Source: Geosiphon pyriformis uo1 (taxonomy: Eukaryota; Fungi; Glomeromycota). Taken from it: a DNA stretch of 64,000 nt. Made by a program: the position numbers and the translations under genes. Of this stretch, positions 1 to 13,169 are shown in pieces. The stretch lies in the NCBI GenBank assembly GCA_016748015.1, contig JAAOMT010000233.1:128452-192451 (forward strand). Reading direction: 5' to 3'. Each line of letters starts with the position of its first letter. Position 1 is the first letter of the stretch. Below the pieces are notes generated by a model. The model was not told where the DNA came from. It did not search any database and saw nothing but the letters and a program-made list of their open reading frames with translations.

Positions 1-163
1 TCTAATATAGAAACAATCATCATTAATCAATAGGAAAGAATAAACAATGCACAAATCAAAAATATAAAAAACAAAGTTAAACAAACAGTATTGGAAAAAA
101 AAATATTAGACTTAATTCAAAGTAAAAATTTTGATAGAGCTCAATATTAAAAGGAGAAAATAA
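1..163 (+). pseudogene. 3' end of ORF3-like gene and PPT of family L LTR element (internal region lies left of the window)
   Basis: Translates IETIIINQ*ERINNAQIKNIKNKV, similar to the family B ORF3 end (IKTITVNNIGQITNQ). Ends gagctca...aaaaggagaaaataa immediately before the LTR, like gagctca...gagaaagagatta in A1. Confidence 0.55.
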
Positions 164-1052
164 TATTACTTATAAAGAAATTAAATAAAAAAAAATAGTA
201 AGAAAACAGATAGACCAATAAGAAAATAGTAATTAGTACATAAGCATATTGCTTAGCAATATAGAGCAATATTAGAAATTATGGCATATTGTTCAGCAAT
301 ATGAAGCAATGTTAAAAAGTTAGGACACATTACTTAACAATGTGAGCATTGCTCAAGAAATTATAGCACATTGCTTAGGAATGTGAGTGATTTCATAGAA
401 TTTAAATTATGTATATATAGCAAGAGCATTAAAAGCAGAAAAGACAGAATAATTACCAAGACTTTTCTATTATCACATCTATATTAGAATTATCAATATT
501 AATAAATAATTATTCACTATTTAAATTACTTTTCCCATTATTAACACTTCATGTTAATAGTATTAAATACTTGATCACACTAGAACAATAGCTTTTAATC
601 ATGGCTATTAATGAGATATTAACTTTATTGCTTTGGTTTATATTTTATTTTTTTAATTTTCTTTTGTATTTTATTTCTTTTGTTGTTTACTGATTAATTA
701 AAAATTAAGCACTGAGTTATTGACATCATGGATGGCCTAGTAAAAAACCCAAATAAAAGGGTACAGAATGAGAATTTGGATAGCTTACTAGAAAAACATG
801 ACTGACAAAATAAACTGGCCACCAAGTTAAAGAAAAAAATTGGGAAACCCATTATAAAAAAATTGCACACCATTGAATCTCTGTTTATTATACAAAGAAT
901 TCAAACAAAAAAAAACCTTCAGATTGTAAAATTTTCAGATTGTAAAATTTTTAGATTGTAAAACTTTTAAACGTTATCATCAATTACAACTATTGAGCAC
1001 CAAGTTATGGATTTGTTATTTGATTCAAGACCCCAAATAATTACCTGTAACA
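164..1052 (+). repeat. Family L 3' LTR
   Basis: TATTAC...CCTGTAACA termini, preceded by a PPT. Homologous to 31629-32447 and (inverted) 11434-13169. U3 has attgctcagcaat-type repeats, followed by a TATATATA box. Confidence 0.85.
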
Positions 1053-1185
1053 CTATCTAAAATTTTAAATTGTTGTTTACAGTAAGTGTAAATTAACTAA
1101 TAGTACTTTAAAGTTGTTATGTTTAATGCAATTATTACTTTGAAAAAGTTGTTGTTGCTGTGTTAATCCATAAAAAAGCACCAAA
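1053..1185 (-). pseudogene. gag: PBS and first gag codons of element A2, cut by the family L insertion
   Basis: Reverse complement aligns with A1 18016-18147 (tttggtgct...acacagcaacaac...). Ends in TSD ATAG, whose partner ATAA is at 13170-13173. Confidence 0.8.
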
Positions 1186-2116
1186 TATTACCAAAAGTTT
1201 TTGGTTCTTTTTTTTAATTGTTATTAATATTTATTTGCTGTTTTAATTCACATTTATTAAAAGCTATTGAATCTTTAATAATTGAATTTATTTTTAAATT
1301 ATTTTCTATAATTTAAACTGTTAAGCTTATAAATAAAATGATTAATTCTGTACTAGTTATTTTGTATAATTATATTGTAGTAAATGTCAACTCTTTCTTA
1401 GGAATTGTTTGTTTAGAAGTTTACTAAAAATATGTAGTTATTTTACTGTAAAAGTCAACTTTTTTACAAGAAACTTGTCTATAGACTACTTTAATAATTA
1501 TAATAATAAAAATAAATATAAAAAGAATGAAATTTTGTAAAAAGAATTGTTTTTGGTCCAGGTCTAAAATCATTAACAATTTACTAAAATTGGTAGCTAA
1601 TTTATTTCAAAACATTAGTTGAATTTTTGGGAAATTTCAAGTACAATTAATTAAAGAATTGGTTTTTTTAAAGTATGATTTTTATTTTAATTGTTTTTAA
1701 CTAAAAGTAAATCTAAGTAAAATAATTCTGAATAAGATATATTTCCTTAAAAAGAAAAGCTCTTCTTTTATATAACTTGTTATAGTAGTAGTTTATGAAC
1801 TTAAACTTTTCTCTTTGCTATTATTTTAATGAATTAATAGTATATTATAATGACTTATAAGTTATTTTATTGTACTATTAACTATTTCAGTAAATTACTC
1901 ATTATTTTAACAAATTTTTATAAATTTGGCAAATTCTTAAATATTACATAATTTGAAGTATTGTGTCATTTAATTATCCTAATTTCTATTGTATAAATTG
2001 ATTTATTAATTAAATAATAAGTAATAATTAAAACAATATTAATATATGTTAGTTAATAATAGGAATTATAGAAGTAATTTCATGCTAATTTAATAGCTAA
2101 AATTTCATTGATAATA
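1186..2116 (-). repeat. Family A LTR, 5' LTR of A2
   Basis: Reverse complement of the family A LTR, followed by a PBS. Shares diagnostic sequence (tttacttttagttaaaaacaat..aaataaaaatcatactttaaaaaaacc) with 51173-52144 but not with the A1 LTRs. Confidence 0.85.
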
Positions 2117-5100
2117 GTGCTTTAGTAATAATTAACAGTTTTTTTGAGTAGCTAATTAAGAAAAAAAACAATTTTAGAGAAATCTTAAACAAACTTTTGA
2201 TAATAAAATGCCAAACCAAGAAAAAACATAATTTATAAATATTTATTAATTGTTTAATATTCTGAACTTTTTTAATTTTGGCTGAATTAGAAAAGATTCT
2301 ATTTTTTATAATAAGATAACCAAAAAACTGAGTAAATTGTTATTCAAAAAAAGATTTGATTAAATTGATCTTAAAACTAGTATTTCTAAGTAGGTCAAAA
2401 ACTTTTTGTAAATATTCAAGATGTTTATTCCAAGTTTTTAAATATATTATTATGTTATTTAAATAAATTAAAACAAAGTTTTATCTTTATTAATTTGAAT
2501 ACTTTGTCTATTAAGCATTAAAAAAAGTAGGAGAAACATTAATAAGACCAAAAAACATAACTATAAATTCATAGATACTATATTTGATAATAAAGGCAGT
2601 TTTTTTTCTGCTTTCTGAATCTATTTCTGTTTGTTAAAATTCAGTAACTAAATTAATAATTAAAAAAAAGCAGCACTATTAAATTGGTTTAGTATTGTAT
2701 TAATCTTAAAAAGTATATATATGTTTCTTTTGATAATAATATTTAATTGACAATAGTCAACACAAAAGCATAGAGTTTCATTTTTTTTTAGATATTATTA
2801 CAACTAAAAAAGTCTATTTATTCTTGGTTTTTTATCTGGTTTATTTTTTTTTGATAAACTCATTATTATAATAATTAAATTAATAAAACTTCAAGTATAT
2901 AGAACAAGTTTTTTTGGTAATAATAATATGTTGTATTACATAAGTTTATTTAAAGGTATTATTTTTTTTTAATATTACTAGATTATTTTTTTTCAATAGA
3001 TTTTTAATATTTACTTTTTTTTTTAGAAAGAGTTTTTTTTGTTTTATTTACTAATAATTGTATTTTAGATAGTTTATTTTCAAAAAACTTTTGTACTTTT
3101 TTTATTTTTTCTCTTAATATTAGGCTAATTAATTCTTAATTTTTGTAATAAATTAAACAGAACTTGTTTTTGTTATTAAAAAAATATAGTGATTTATTGT
3201 ACTAGTACTAGATACAAAATTATGTTATTAATAACTGTATTTGGCTTTTTTGTTAAACTTTTTATTAAAAATTTTTTTAAAGATATTATAATAGAACCAG
3301 CAAATCAGTTTGCTATTTACAATAATTTTTTTTGTTAACTTTAATATTATCTAGTGACTTGTTATTATTGGTAAAAATAGTATAGATAAATTTAACAGTT
3401 TTTTTTGTTCTTCTTTATTTCTTTTTATTGCTATTTTTATTATTTGATTGTTTTTTTTCTTGGTTTTGCTTAAATACCAAAAAAATAGTCTAATGATAAT
3501 ACTTAACCACAATGGGCTTTTTACTATATTTAATAGTTAATTTACAAAGTTTATAATCAAATAAAGCTTTTGTTTTTTTGAGCCATTTATTTTTAACAAT
3601 AATAGTATATTCTTTTGCTTTAAAAATTTTTATGTCAGTTTCAATATTGATGCTATTAATATAAACAGGAATAGCTTTGGCTATGCCAAAATTTTTTTTT
3701 TATCATTATGTATATTAATTATAAACCAAGTTAAAAATTCATTAATTTTTCTTCTAATTGTTTTAAAAAAGTGTTTGACAATAATGCTAACAGATAATTT
3801 ATTATTTAAGATTAAATTAATAAAGTAGCCAGTTATTTAAGCTTTGTAAATTAAAAAAATATTATTATTATTGTTAGTAAGTTTAACTTAATGAGAATGT
3901 TTATTGGTTTTTGGTGTTTTTTTCTTTAGATCAAAGATTTGCAAAATTTTTTTTTGAATTGTAAATAAGTTATTAACTGGTCAAAGATAATGTGTATTAA
4001 AATTTCTATAAAATCTTTAATAATAAAATAAAAACCAAATTTTTGTACTATTTTTAAGGATTCTAACTTTGGAAGATTTTTAAAAACTTTAGTTTTTAAT
4101 AATTTATTATTATCAACAGTGAAAGTTAAGACTTTGTTAAGATTTAAAACAAAATTAACTTTGGCTTTTTTTTTTGTGGATTCAAAGAGGTTAATAGCTA
4201 GTTCATTCATATTATGATTATTATTAGTTAAATTAAAAGTGTAAAAAAAGTTTTTCTAGTTGGTTTACACTCTTATTTTTTAAAAGTACACTTATAAGTT
4301 TAAAAACTAATAAACAATAGCTTTAACTAAAGAATTTTTTCTAAAAAAATTAATGTTGACATAATTAAGTCTTTGATTAAAAATATTATTATTAATAATT
4401 TTGTTGTTTTAATTATTATCATTTTAGAAAACTGATGAAAATAAAGAAAAATTGTTGCAATTTTTGGAAAAATGTTTGGTTTATCTACGATAATAACATA
4501 TAGATAGTCCACAATTTTGCTGTTTTTAATAAAAAAACTATTAAGACTTATTAAAATAAGATTTAAATCTTGGTTTTTGAGATTGTTAACTCTTTTTAAC
4601 TGCTTATGCTAAAAGTTCTAGTAAATAAACAAAGTTGGCTATAAGTTTATCTATTAATTGTTTATTAAGATCTTGAGTTTGGATAGAAAAAGAGATAGCA
4701 GCCATTTGAAATGCAAAAGTTATAATAAGAGCAAAAGCAAAAACTAAAAGTGTGGTTTTCAAATGCATTTTTTGGTTATCTTTAATTTTTTGTGTAAGTT
4801 CAATAACCATATTTATAATTAGATTATTTTTCAAAGCCAAAAGAGGCCAAAAAGCATAAATAAGTCAGTTTTTAATTCTTTTGTAAAGAAATGAATTTTT
4901 TGTTCTTTTGTTCAGTTTTTTTTAGAATCTACTTGTTTGATAAAACTTTTTGATTGCTTTAACATATTCAGTTATAACTTTACTAAAGTCTTGAGTTTTT
5001 TTTTAATTTTATATGCTATTTAGAGATTAAAATAAGAATTTTGAATTTGTTTTCAAACTGGGTAATGAAAAAAATATTTTTTTCTAGTATTTGTTAGTAT

Positions 5101-5750
5101 TTATCTAATAATTTTTTAGTAAGCACTAACATTAGTTTTTTGTAAAAACCAAATAGCAAAAAAGTCTTATAAGTAGCCACCAATAATTTAAAACTTGTAT
5201 TTAATATTATATTAATTAGTAGTAATTGCTTTTTCAAAATTATCTAATTATTTAATTAAATTTTATATATTACCTTTAAATAAAGATAGTAAAGTATTGT
5301 GTTTTTTGCTCTAAAGCAGTTTGTATGTCTTAAAGAGTGGCCAAAATATTTGTTTGCATAGAGTCAATAACTATTGGTTTAGAAATAACTGTTTATATAG
5401 AATAAAGTGATTTATTTGAAAAGAGATTAAAAACAAAAGTGGTTTAATAACTTTTTTTTTCTGTTTCAAAAAAAGTTTTAGCTAACTAATAGACAGTAAT
5501 CTAAATATAAATTTAATAATTCAGGTATTCAAAGTCAAAAAACTGTTATTTAAAAATTGTTGAATATAAAGCTAATTGATGTTGTTGTTTTTTTCTTTAA
5601 AATTGTCTTTAAAATAAACTTGGTTAAAAAAATAAGTTGTATATGTTGTGTAAATTTTAGCTGAGTGCTCATTTAGAAATCAGTTCCAAAAGTCTTAAAA
5701 TTGTCTACTAAATTGTTTTTTAACAGAAAAACAAATTAAGCAAAAAAACA
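2117..5750 (-). pseudogene. Element C (Ty3/Gypsy) 5' half: degenerate gag, aspartic protease (~3480-3850) and RT (~2117-2900)
   Basis: Minus-strand remnants: KTAFII..YEFIVMFFGL and YLNNIIIY (decayed YLDD) in RT, FFLGLAFYYQKF, and protease LILNNKLSVSII / GIAKAIPVYINSINIETD. No room for a dUTPase between PR and RT. Upstream boundary approximate. Confidence 0.75.
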
Positions 5751-6064
5751 AATTAAGCAGAAAAACAAAAAATTAAATGCAATAAGATCTAAGTTATTTC
5801 TGTTGTATATTGTAAAGTGTTTTTCTGATTGTTGTAACAAGTATAAATAATCATCTATATAATAAAAAACAAGTGAAATTTAACAATTTTACAGAAAACA
5901 CTACTTTTATATTATAGGTTGAAGTAACAAGCTAATAAATAGCAAAGAAAAACAGAATTGTAAGATAATAGAATTAATCAAAAAAATTTAACTTTAAAGA
6001 GCAAATTATAAAAATATAGATTCAATGTGCAAGATTAATTTTATAAAATATTTTAGTTACTAAT

Positions 6065-6760
6065 TGTTTCAAAAAATAACTAGGAAATTTAAAGATAGAA
6101 AAATAGTTTGTACTGTTAATAAATAATAATACATTAATATAATTCTATGCTTTACATCAACACTTTTAGAATTCAATATTAGATATTAAATGTATTCTTT
6201 AGTTATATTTTATTCAAATAATTTTTAAATACTATAATTATACAAATTAAAAAAAAGTAGATAAATATTAGCAAATAATTTTTTATCTTAAAATATTCAG
6301 ATACTTGAAAGTAAAAAATAAAAAAAAAAACAAGCAAAAAAAAAATTGAGTTGATAAATATTGTTTTATTTTTTTTATTTTTTATATATTTTTTTATATT
6401 TGAGAAACTTATTGCTTATATAACTATTAAAAATGGTCAATAATCAAATTATTAATCAGATTAACAATTAAGTCATTAGTTAAGTCAATAATTAAGTTAA
6501 TAGTTAAATCAATGATTATTATCTAAAAATAATTTTATGTTAATTAATAATTCGAATTTTTACTAATAATAACAAATTATTTAATTACTGTTTTCTGAAT
6601 TTATTAATTACAAATTGAATTTTTAAGAATTTATTGCAATTTTTTGTTAAATTAAAAGCAAGTTCTGTCAATAATTTTTTAATTAAAATGATCAAAATTT
6701 TTTTAAACTACAAAATTATTTTAACAAACTATTTATTTATACCTTTTTAGTTAATAAGTA
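6065..6760 (-). repeat. Possible 5' LTR of element C
   Basis: Minus strand reads ...gaaaca then attagtaact (a decayed PBS-like site). Short tandem repeats at ~6440-6520. No second copy in the window. Confidence 0.3.
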
Positions 6761-6763
6761 AAA

Positions 6764-9700
6764 TTTTTTTTTATTATATTTTACAAGTAAAATCTAAATG
6801 CTATCTAGTATTATATATTATATAAATAATTTAAACTAAGTACAAATCATGCTCTTTCTATATATAACCAGCCATTCAGACCAATCAGAACAACATTAAG
6901 CAACTATGTGAACTGAAACCATGTTACTAACACCTAAAAAAAATAAACAAGACTTATAAAAACCAAAACAAACACCAAATGTCTTAGCAACTCCAAACAA
7001 CTTGACAACACCAGCAGAAAACTTTAAAAAAAGTCCAAAAATTAAGACAAAAGCCAAATTATCAAGTGAAATCAGCCTATTTCTTTTCATAAAGACATAA
7101 TACTTAGTACAAACCAACCAGATATTATCTCTAAAAGTGAGACAAAAACCATACAAAAATTTTGCAACCTTCTAACTTGCAACTTTGAAATTACAGAAGA
7201 CAAAAACAGTCTCTTAGAACCAACTCTCAAAAACAAAACTCTTATAAAGAACTGTATATACAAAAACATCAGAAGCACAAGATGACAAAAGCTGAAATAC
7301 ATAAAAAAAAAAGTGAAAAAGACCATAAAACACCTCCTAATAAGCTGTATAAGTATTTAACAATTGATAACAGACAGAGCTGTCAGCTTTACAAGTAAAC
7401 ACATAATTTGAAACTTTAATATTACTATAGTACAAACACAATACATTGAGGTAGTATTTGTTGTATAAATGCTTCTGAACAACAACAGACAGCCAATAAT
7501 ATAAAGCCTTTATAAAATAAGTATATGTGCCAGCAGAAAATTTGCTTATAAAACCTACAGCCATATGTAAATCAGGATACTACACCAAAGAAAAACTGAA
7601 CCAATCAATGTCTAAAAACAAAACACCTGCCAAAACCTTAGAACTAAAACTAATCTCCTAGTGTGCACAATAAACAGACCTTAAAATAATATGAACAAAA
7701 TATCTAGAGTTACTAGAAACAATATTACTGCTAATTACAATACAGTAACCCCTCAAATAAAGAAGAAGATACCAATTAAAAAAAGAAACAACAGCAGCAA
7801 AAGCATCAATATATTTATTCCCTAAAATACCTGAGTGATTTTTCATTTTATGTCATTCAATTCTCAAATTCTTGCTATAAATAATATCCACAATGTGATA
7901 ATGTTCTACTCAATACTGATTATAAAAATCCAGACATACCAAATGCAATTCTGACTTATATGTATTCAAAGCAGTCTAACAATCAGAAAATAAATGAACT
8001 GGGTTAAAAAGAGGAAATACTTAAAAGCCAATACAATAGCTTATAATTCTGTTAAAGTAAAGAACATTAAACCAAAAACTCTAACACTCAAATTCAAGTC
8101 AATGTCATCAAAAAAAACTGTAGTGTCAGCTTTTCTGTCAACAATATTTAAGTCTTTTAGAGATCTATCTGTATAGACAGACAGACTATCAGCATTAACA
8201 CAAAATAGTTGACTACCAACTGATTCAAACTTACAAGACTCAAAAACATTCAAAAAACCAACACCACTTTCAGAAAAAGAAAAATGAGCAGAAAAAAAAG
8301 CCATATTATTAAAGAAGGCAACAAAAAGACTGAACCAATCAGGAATAAAGCCATAAGAATTCAACTTTTTCTACTGTCTAAAGGTTTTTCAATCAAAAAC
8401 AACACCATAACAATCCTAAAGCTGATCCATAAAGACAATGTTATAATATTAGAATGAAAAGAAAAGCTTAAAAAATTCAAACTCACCAAAAACAGTTGAC
8501 ATGGGCACTTTATCCTAAAAACAAAAAAAACTGCTTATAGAACTATTCAAGGACAAATTGTAATCAAAAAAAATACAGACCACTTCTGCCAAAAAGTTAT
8601 TAGAAAGATTAATCCAAATACAAACTGGAAAACTCAAGAGATAAATGGGGTGCCAACACAAAACTTGCAAGCTATAGGACCTATGAGAAAACAAATAACC
8701 CAAAATTCCACCAGAATTTGTAATATTCACAAGTGACACTAATTTACTTTCAGATTGAATCTGTTTAAAAGTTTTTAAACTATAAAAAAGAAGGGTAATG
8801 GATTATATTATTCAAAGAATCAAAAAATAAACCAGATTTCAATTTTAGGTCTTTATAAATCAAGACATCCCACTTATTATACACACTAATAGAAACAAAG
8901 CTAAATTGCATTCTGTCACTGACAATAGGATAGAAAACAGCTGATACCAAATATAAAAACTGTTTATTCAAGATGGCTTTTTTTAGTACAAAGTTGGCAA
9001 AAAAATAAATATTGAAATGTGTTTTGGCCAAGCTAAACCTTAAGAGATCTTTAATTAACAGAAAGATATCCAAATACCAATAAGATTTTTCTTTTCTGGC
9101 AATAGAAATAGATAAGCTACTAATAAACAAAGTAAGACTAACAACTCTACAATTAATAAGAATGACCACAATCTTATTAGTATTGATAAAAATATTATTA
9201 ATCTGAAAAAATTCACTGGTGACATTAAAAATATATTGGATAGCACTTTGACTATTGCCAACTCAAATTGTATTATCAAAAAAAGCTCCAGCAACAAAAA
9301 AAAAAAACAACTCAGTTTTAGATTTTGCATGACCATTTTTTGAAATAAAATAAAAATTCAACCAATACTTATACATACTTTTCTGTTTTTTGATTTTACA
9401 AAGAAAAAAATTGTAAAATATGTGCCAAAAAAGAGGTAAAAAAATCTTCTTTTGATCCAAATCATCATGCATACAATAACCACCTGTTAGACCAAAGTTA
9501 GTCATAACTTTGTTGATGTGATTACCATAAATACTACCAAAAAACTGAATGAATTTGTTACACATTTTAATTCTAATCAAGTTTTTTTTAAAATGCTCTC
9601 AACTAACAGAATTGTAAGTCTTTTATATGTTTTACAAAACCAGCAAGAGTTTATGGTTCTTTTCCAAAACATTTTCTATTACAGAGCCAACTGCAAAAAT

Positions 9701-9960
9701 AAAAAATTGCATAATTATACTTTTTAGAACTGAAAAATTGTCTTTATAAAGAACATCAAAGGTGCTGTACACCAATGAAATCCTATCAAACAGAATCTTA
9801 GAAAGAATCTTATGGACTATTTCAATCAGAGCAATAGAACAAGTATTCATAAAAACATTCTTCCATTTATATGGTTTGAGAATTATTAAAATCCAAGCCT
9901 TTTTTTAAGAACTGAGCACTAATTTATAAGACAAACAAGTGTTTAAAAGCACCAAAAGCA
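6764..9960 (-). mobile_element. Degenerate non-LTR retrotransposon (LINE) ORF2: RT, RNase H, Cys/His C-terminus, 3' UTR and A-rich tail
   Basis: IALIEIVHKILSKIL; DLDQKKIFLPLFW (decayed GxxQGxxxSPxL); AFFDNT (decayed F(V)DD); RNase H VYTDRS, TELxAI and KNHSGILGNKYID; CLYY..YVFTC; stop at 6896; A-rich tail near 6764-6780. Confidence 0.85.
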
Positions 9961-9974
9961 TAGAATATAGAAAA

Positions 9975-10774
9975 TATATTAGCATATAAATTAGCCAATC
10001 AAAAGTAGCCATAGTAAATGTGGAATTCCAGGATTTCTCTCAAAGAAATTGCAGGATTCCAGAAATTTTAGGATTCTCATACAAGAAATCACAGAATTCC
10101 AGAATTTCAGAATTCTTCTCAAAGAAATTACAAGATTCCAGGAATTCCAGGATTCCTGATGTAAAAAATTGGGGAATTGAAGAATTTCAATTATGTATAT
10201 ATATTGGTAGTATTAGAAATAGAAAAAACAGATCTCTCAGTTTAGATTTAATCTAAGCAACTTTTTAACTCACAAATATTAATAAAATAATTATTCTTTA
10301 TCTCAAATCCACTCTTCACTATTAACACTTTATGTTGATAGTAATTGATACTTAACCACACTGGAACAATAGCTTTTGATTACAGCTATTGACAGAATAC
10401 TAACCATTATTGCCTTGGCTTATTTTTTATTTCTTTTATTTCTATTTCTTTTCTTTGTTGTTATTTACTAATTAATTAAAAGATTAAGTGCTGGAATACA
10501 AACATCATAGAGACTGGTAAAAAACTCATGAAACAAGAGTAAAACACTCATAGATTTAAGAATAATTTACTAGGAGGATTACCGGCCACCATACTGAAAA
10601 AAAAATTTAACAGAATTGCAATTCTGAGAGACTACTGAAACAATAATTGAATCTCTGTCTATTATACAAAGATTTCCACAACAATATCTTCAGATACCAA
10701 CACCAAAATATTAATCAAGCACCAAGTTATGAGTTTGTTATTTGATTAAAGACCCCAAATAATTACCTGTAACA
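9975..10774 (+). repeat. Family L-related LTR with a different U3 repeat block
   Basis: 10190-10774 is homologous to 405-1052 and ends CCTGTAACA. 10021-10160 consists of gaattccaggatt repeats. Left end and TSD not resolved. Confidence 0.7.
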
Positions 10775-11433
10775 ATATCTAAAACTGATTTGTTACAATG
10801 TTTTTAAAGCTTATTGGAAATACCAAAAAAACCAACAGCTTTACCATTGGGCAAATCAGTAAACTTTAACTTAACTATAATAATAATATTTAATATTATT
10901 AGAAAATATGTTAAAAAAATATTATAAAATACAACAAAAATAGAAAAAAAGAAACCAAAAGCCATTATAAAAAATTTTGCAATCTTAAATATAATTAAAA
11001 AAAATTATTAATAAAAGCTTTAACAGTAATAATTAAGAAAGTTTTAAAAACATTATTAAAAACAGCATTAGAAAATAAAAAAAGAAATATTAATTTTGTT
11101 TTTATTTAATTGGTTTAATTCTTAAGATTAAATGATTTAATAGATTGTTTTGTTTTAAAAACTAATAATAATTTGCTAAAAAATACTACAATTGACAATA
11201 TAGCCAGTAATTAATTTTAATTTATCTTAAAAAATATACTATTATTGTTGTTTATATTAAAAAAAAACTGGTTGTTGTTAAGAAAATTTTTCCAGAATTT
11301 TACTTGAAACTATAAAAAAATTTGGTGTAATAATAGCAGATAGAAATAACTACTGCTGTTTTTTTTTGAGTTTTTGATTTTTTTGGTTATTTATAAAAAA
11401 ATAGTAATAATAGTACTAATAATATTAATAAAA
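10775..11433 (-). pseudogene. Highly decayed coding remnant, possibly LINE ORF1
   Basis: Fragmentary peptides (SAIITPNF, LKN*TN*IKT) resemble my recollection of ORF1 in this LINE type. Same strand as the LINE, upstream of it. Confidence 0.3.
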
Positions 11434-13169
11434 ACAATCTGAAGGTTTTTTTTTGTTTAATTTCTTTGTATAATAAACAGAAATTCAATGGTGTGCAATT
11501 CTTTTATGATGGGTTTTCCAATTTTTTTCTTCAGCTTGATGGCCAGTTTATTCTGGCAGTCATGCCCTTCTGGTAAGCTATCCAAATTTCCACTCTGTAC
11601 CCTTTTATTTGGGTCTTTTACCAGGCTATCTATGACGTTAATAACTCAGTGCTTAATTCTTAATCAATCAGTAAACAATAAAAGAAATAAAATACAAAAG
11701 AAAATTAAAGAAATAAAATATAAGCCAAGGCAATAAAGTTAATATCTCGTTAATAGCCATTGTTACCAGTAGAATTTTAGCTATTAATTAGCATGAAATT
11801 ACCCTTATAATTCTTATTATTAATTAGCATATATCATTATCATTTCGATTATCACTTATTAATTAACTAAATTATCAAATATTATTACTCAATCAATAAT
11901 CCGATTTGTACTCTAGAAATTAAGATGATCAAATTACACAATACCCTGAACCATTTAACATAGTCAAAATTCGCCGAAATTAATGAAAATTTGCCGAAAT
12001 AATCAATAGTTCAGTGAAATAACTTGTAGTTCGCCGAAATGTATCTTTAGTTCACCCAAATTCTAACAAAAAAAAAAGTGCAAGTTCAAAGACTAGTACT
12101 ACAACAAGTTGTATAAAAGAAGAGCTTCTCTCTTCAAGAAAATGTATCTTCTCATAGTATCTTAACATAGTATTTTACCTTAGATATCTTAATTGAAACA
12201 AATCACCTTTTACATATTCAAATAAAAATTAAATATTCGAAAACCAAATCCTCAAATTATTACACTTGAAGTTTTCTCAACACAACTAACATTTTGAAAT
12301 TGATTAGCTACCAATTTCAGTAATCTGTTAGTGACTCCAGGCCTGGATAGAAAACGTTTCCCTTGATCAAATCCTATTTCTTTTACATTTCTTTTATTTT
12401 TCTTTTTTTTTCTTATTTACAACCATTAGGGTAGCCTACAAACGAGATTCCTGTAGAAGAGTTGACTTTCACAGCAAAGTAACTACACATTTTAGTGAGC
12501 TTCTAGACGAGCAATTTCTGGGAAAGAGTTGATGTTTACTACAATGTAACTACACAAGTAACTGGCAAGGAATTGGCTATTCCATTTATAAGCCCAGCAG
12601 TTCAAATTATAGGAGATAATTTGAAGATAAATTCAGTTACTGGAGGTCCAACTACTTTCTGGAAACGTGAATTCACAGCAAATCAATATTAACAACATTC
12701 AAGAAAAGAGACCAAAAACCTCGAGTAATACCATGATCAAGAGCTATTGTTCCAGTGTAATCAAGTATTCAATACTATCAACATGAAGTGTTAATAGTGG
12801 GGAGAGTGATTTAGATGGTGAATAATTATTTATTGATATTGATAATTCTAATATAGATGTGGTAATAGAAAAATCTTGGTAATTATTCTGTCTTTTTTGC
12901 TTCTAACACTCTTGCTATATATACATAATTTAGGTTCTATAAAATCACTCATATTGCTGAGCATTGTGCTATAATTTCTTGAGCAATACTTATATTGCTG
13001 AGCAATATGCCCTAACTTTCTAATATTGTTTTACATTGCTGAGCAATGTGCCATAATTTTTGATATTGCTCCACATTGCTGAGCAATGTGCTCACATGCT
13101 AACTACTACTCTTCTATTGGTTTATCTGTTTTCTTACTTTTTTTTTAATTGTTTTCTTTATGAGTAACA
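11434..13169 (-). repeat. Family L 5' LTR, truncated at its 3' end and interrupted by a solo A LTR
   Basis: 11434-11760 plus 12735-13169 is the reverse complement of 164-~928. Native start TGTTACTCATAAAG at 13169. The last ~120 bp and the PBS are missing. Confidence 0.85.
11761..12730 (+). repeat. Solo LTR, family A
   Basis: TGTTACCAG...GAGTAATA, with TSD CCAT at 11757-11760 and 12731-12734. Confidence 0.9.
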
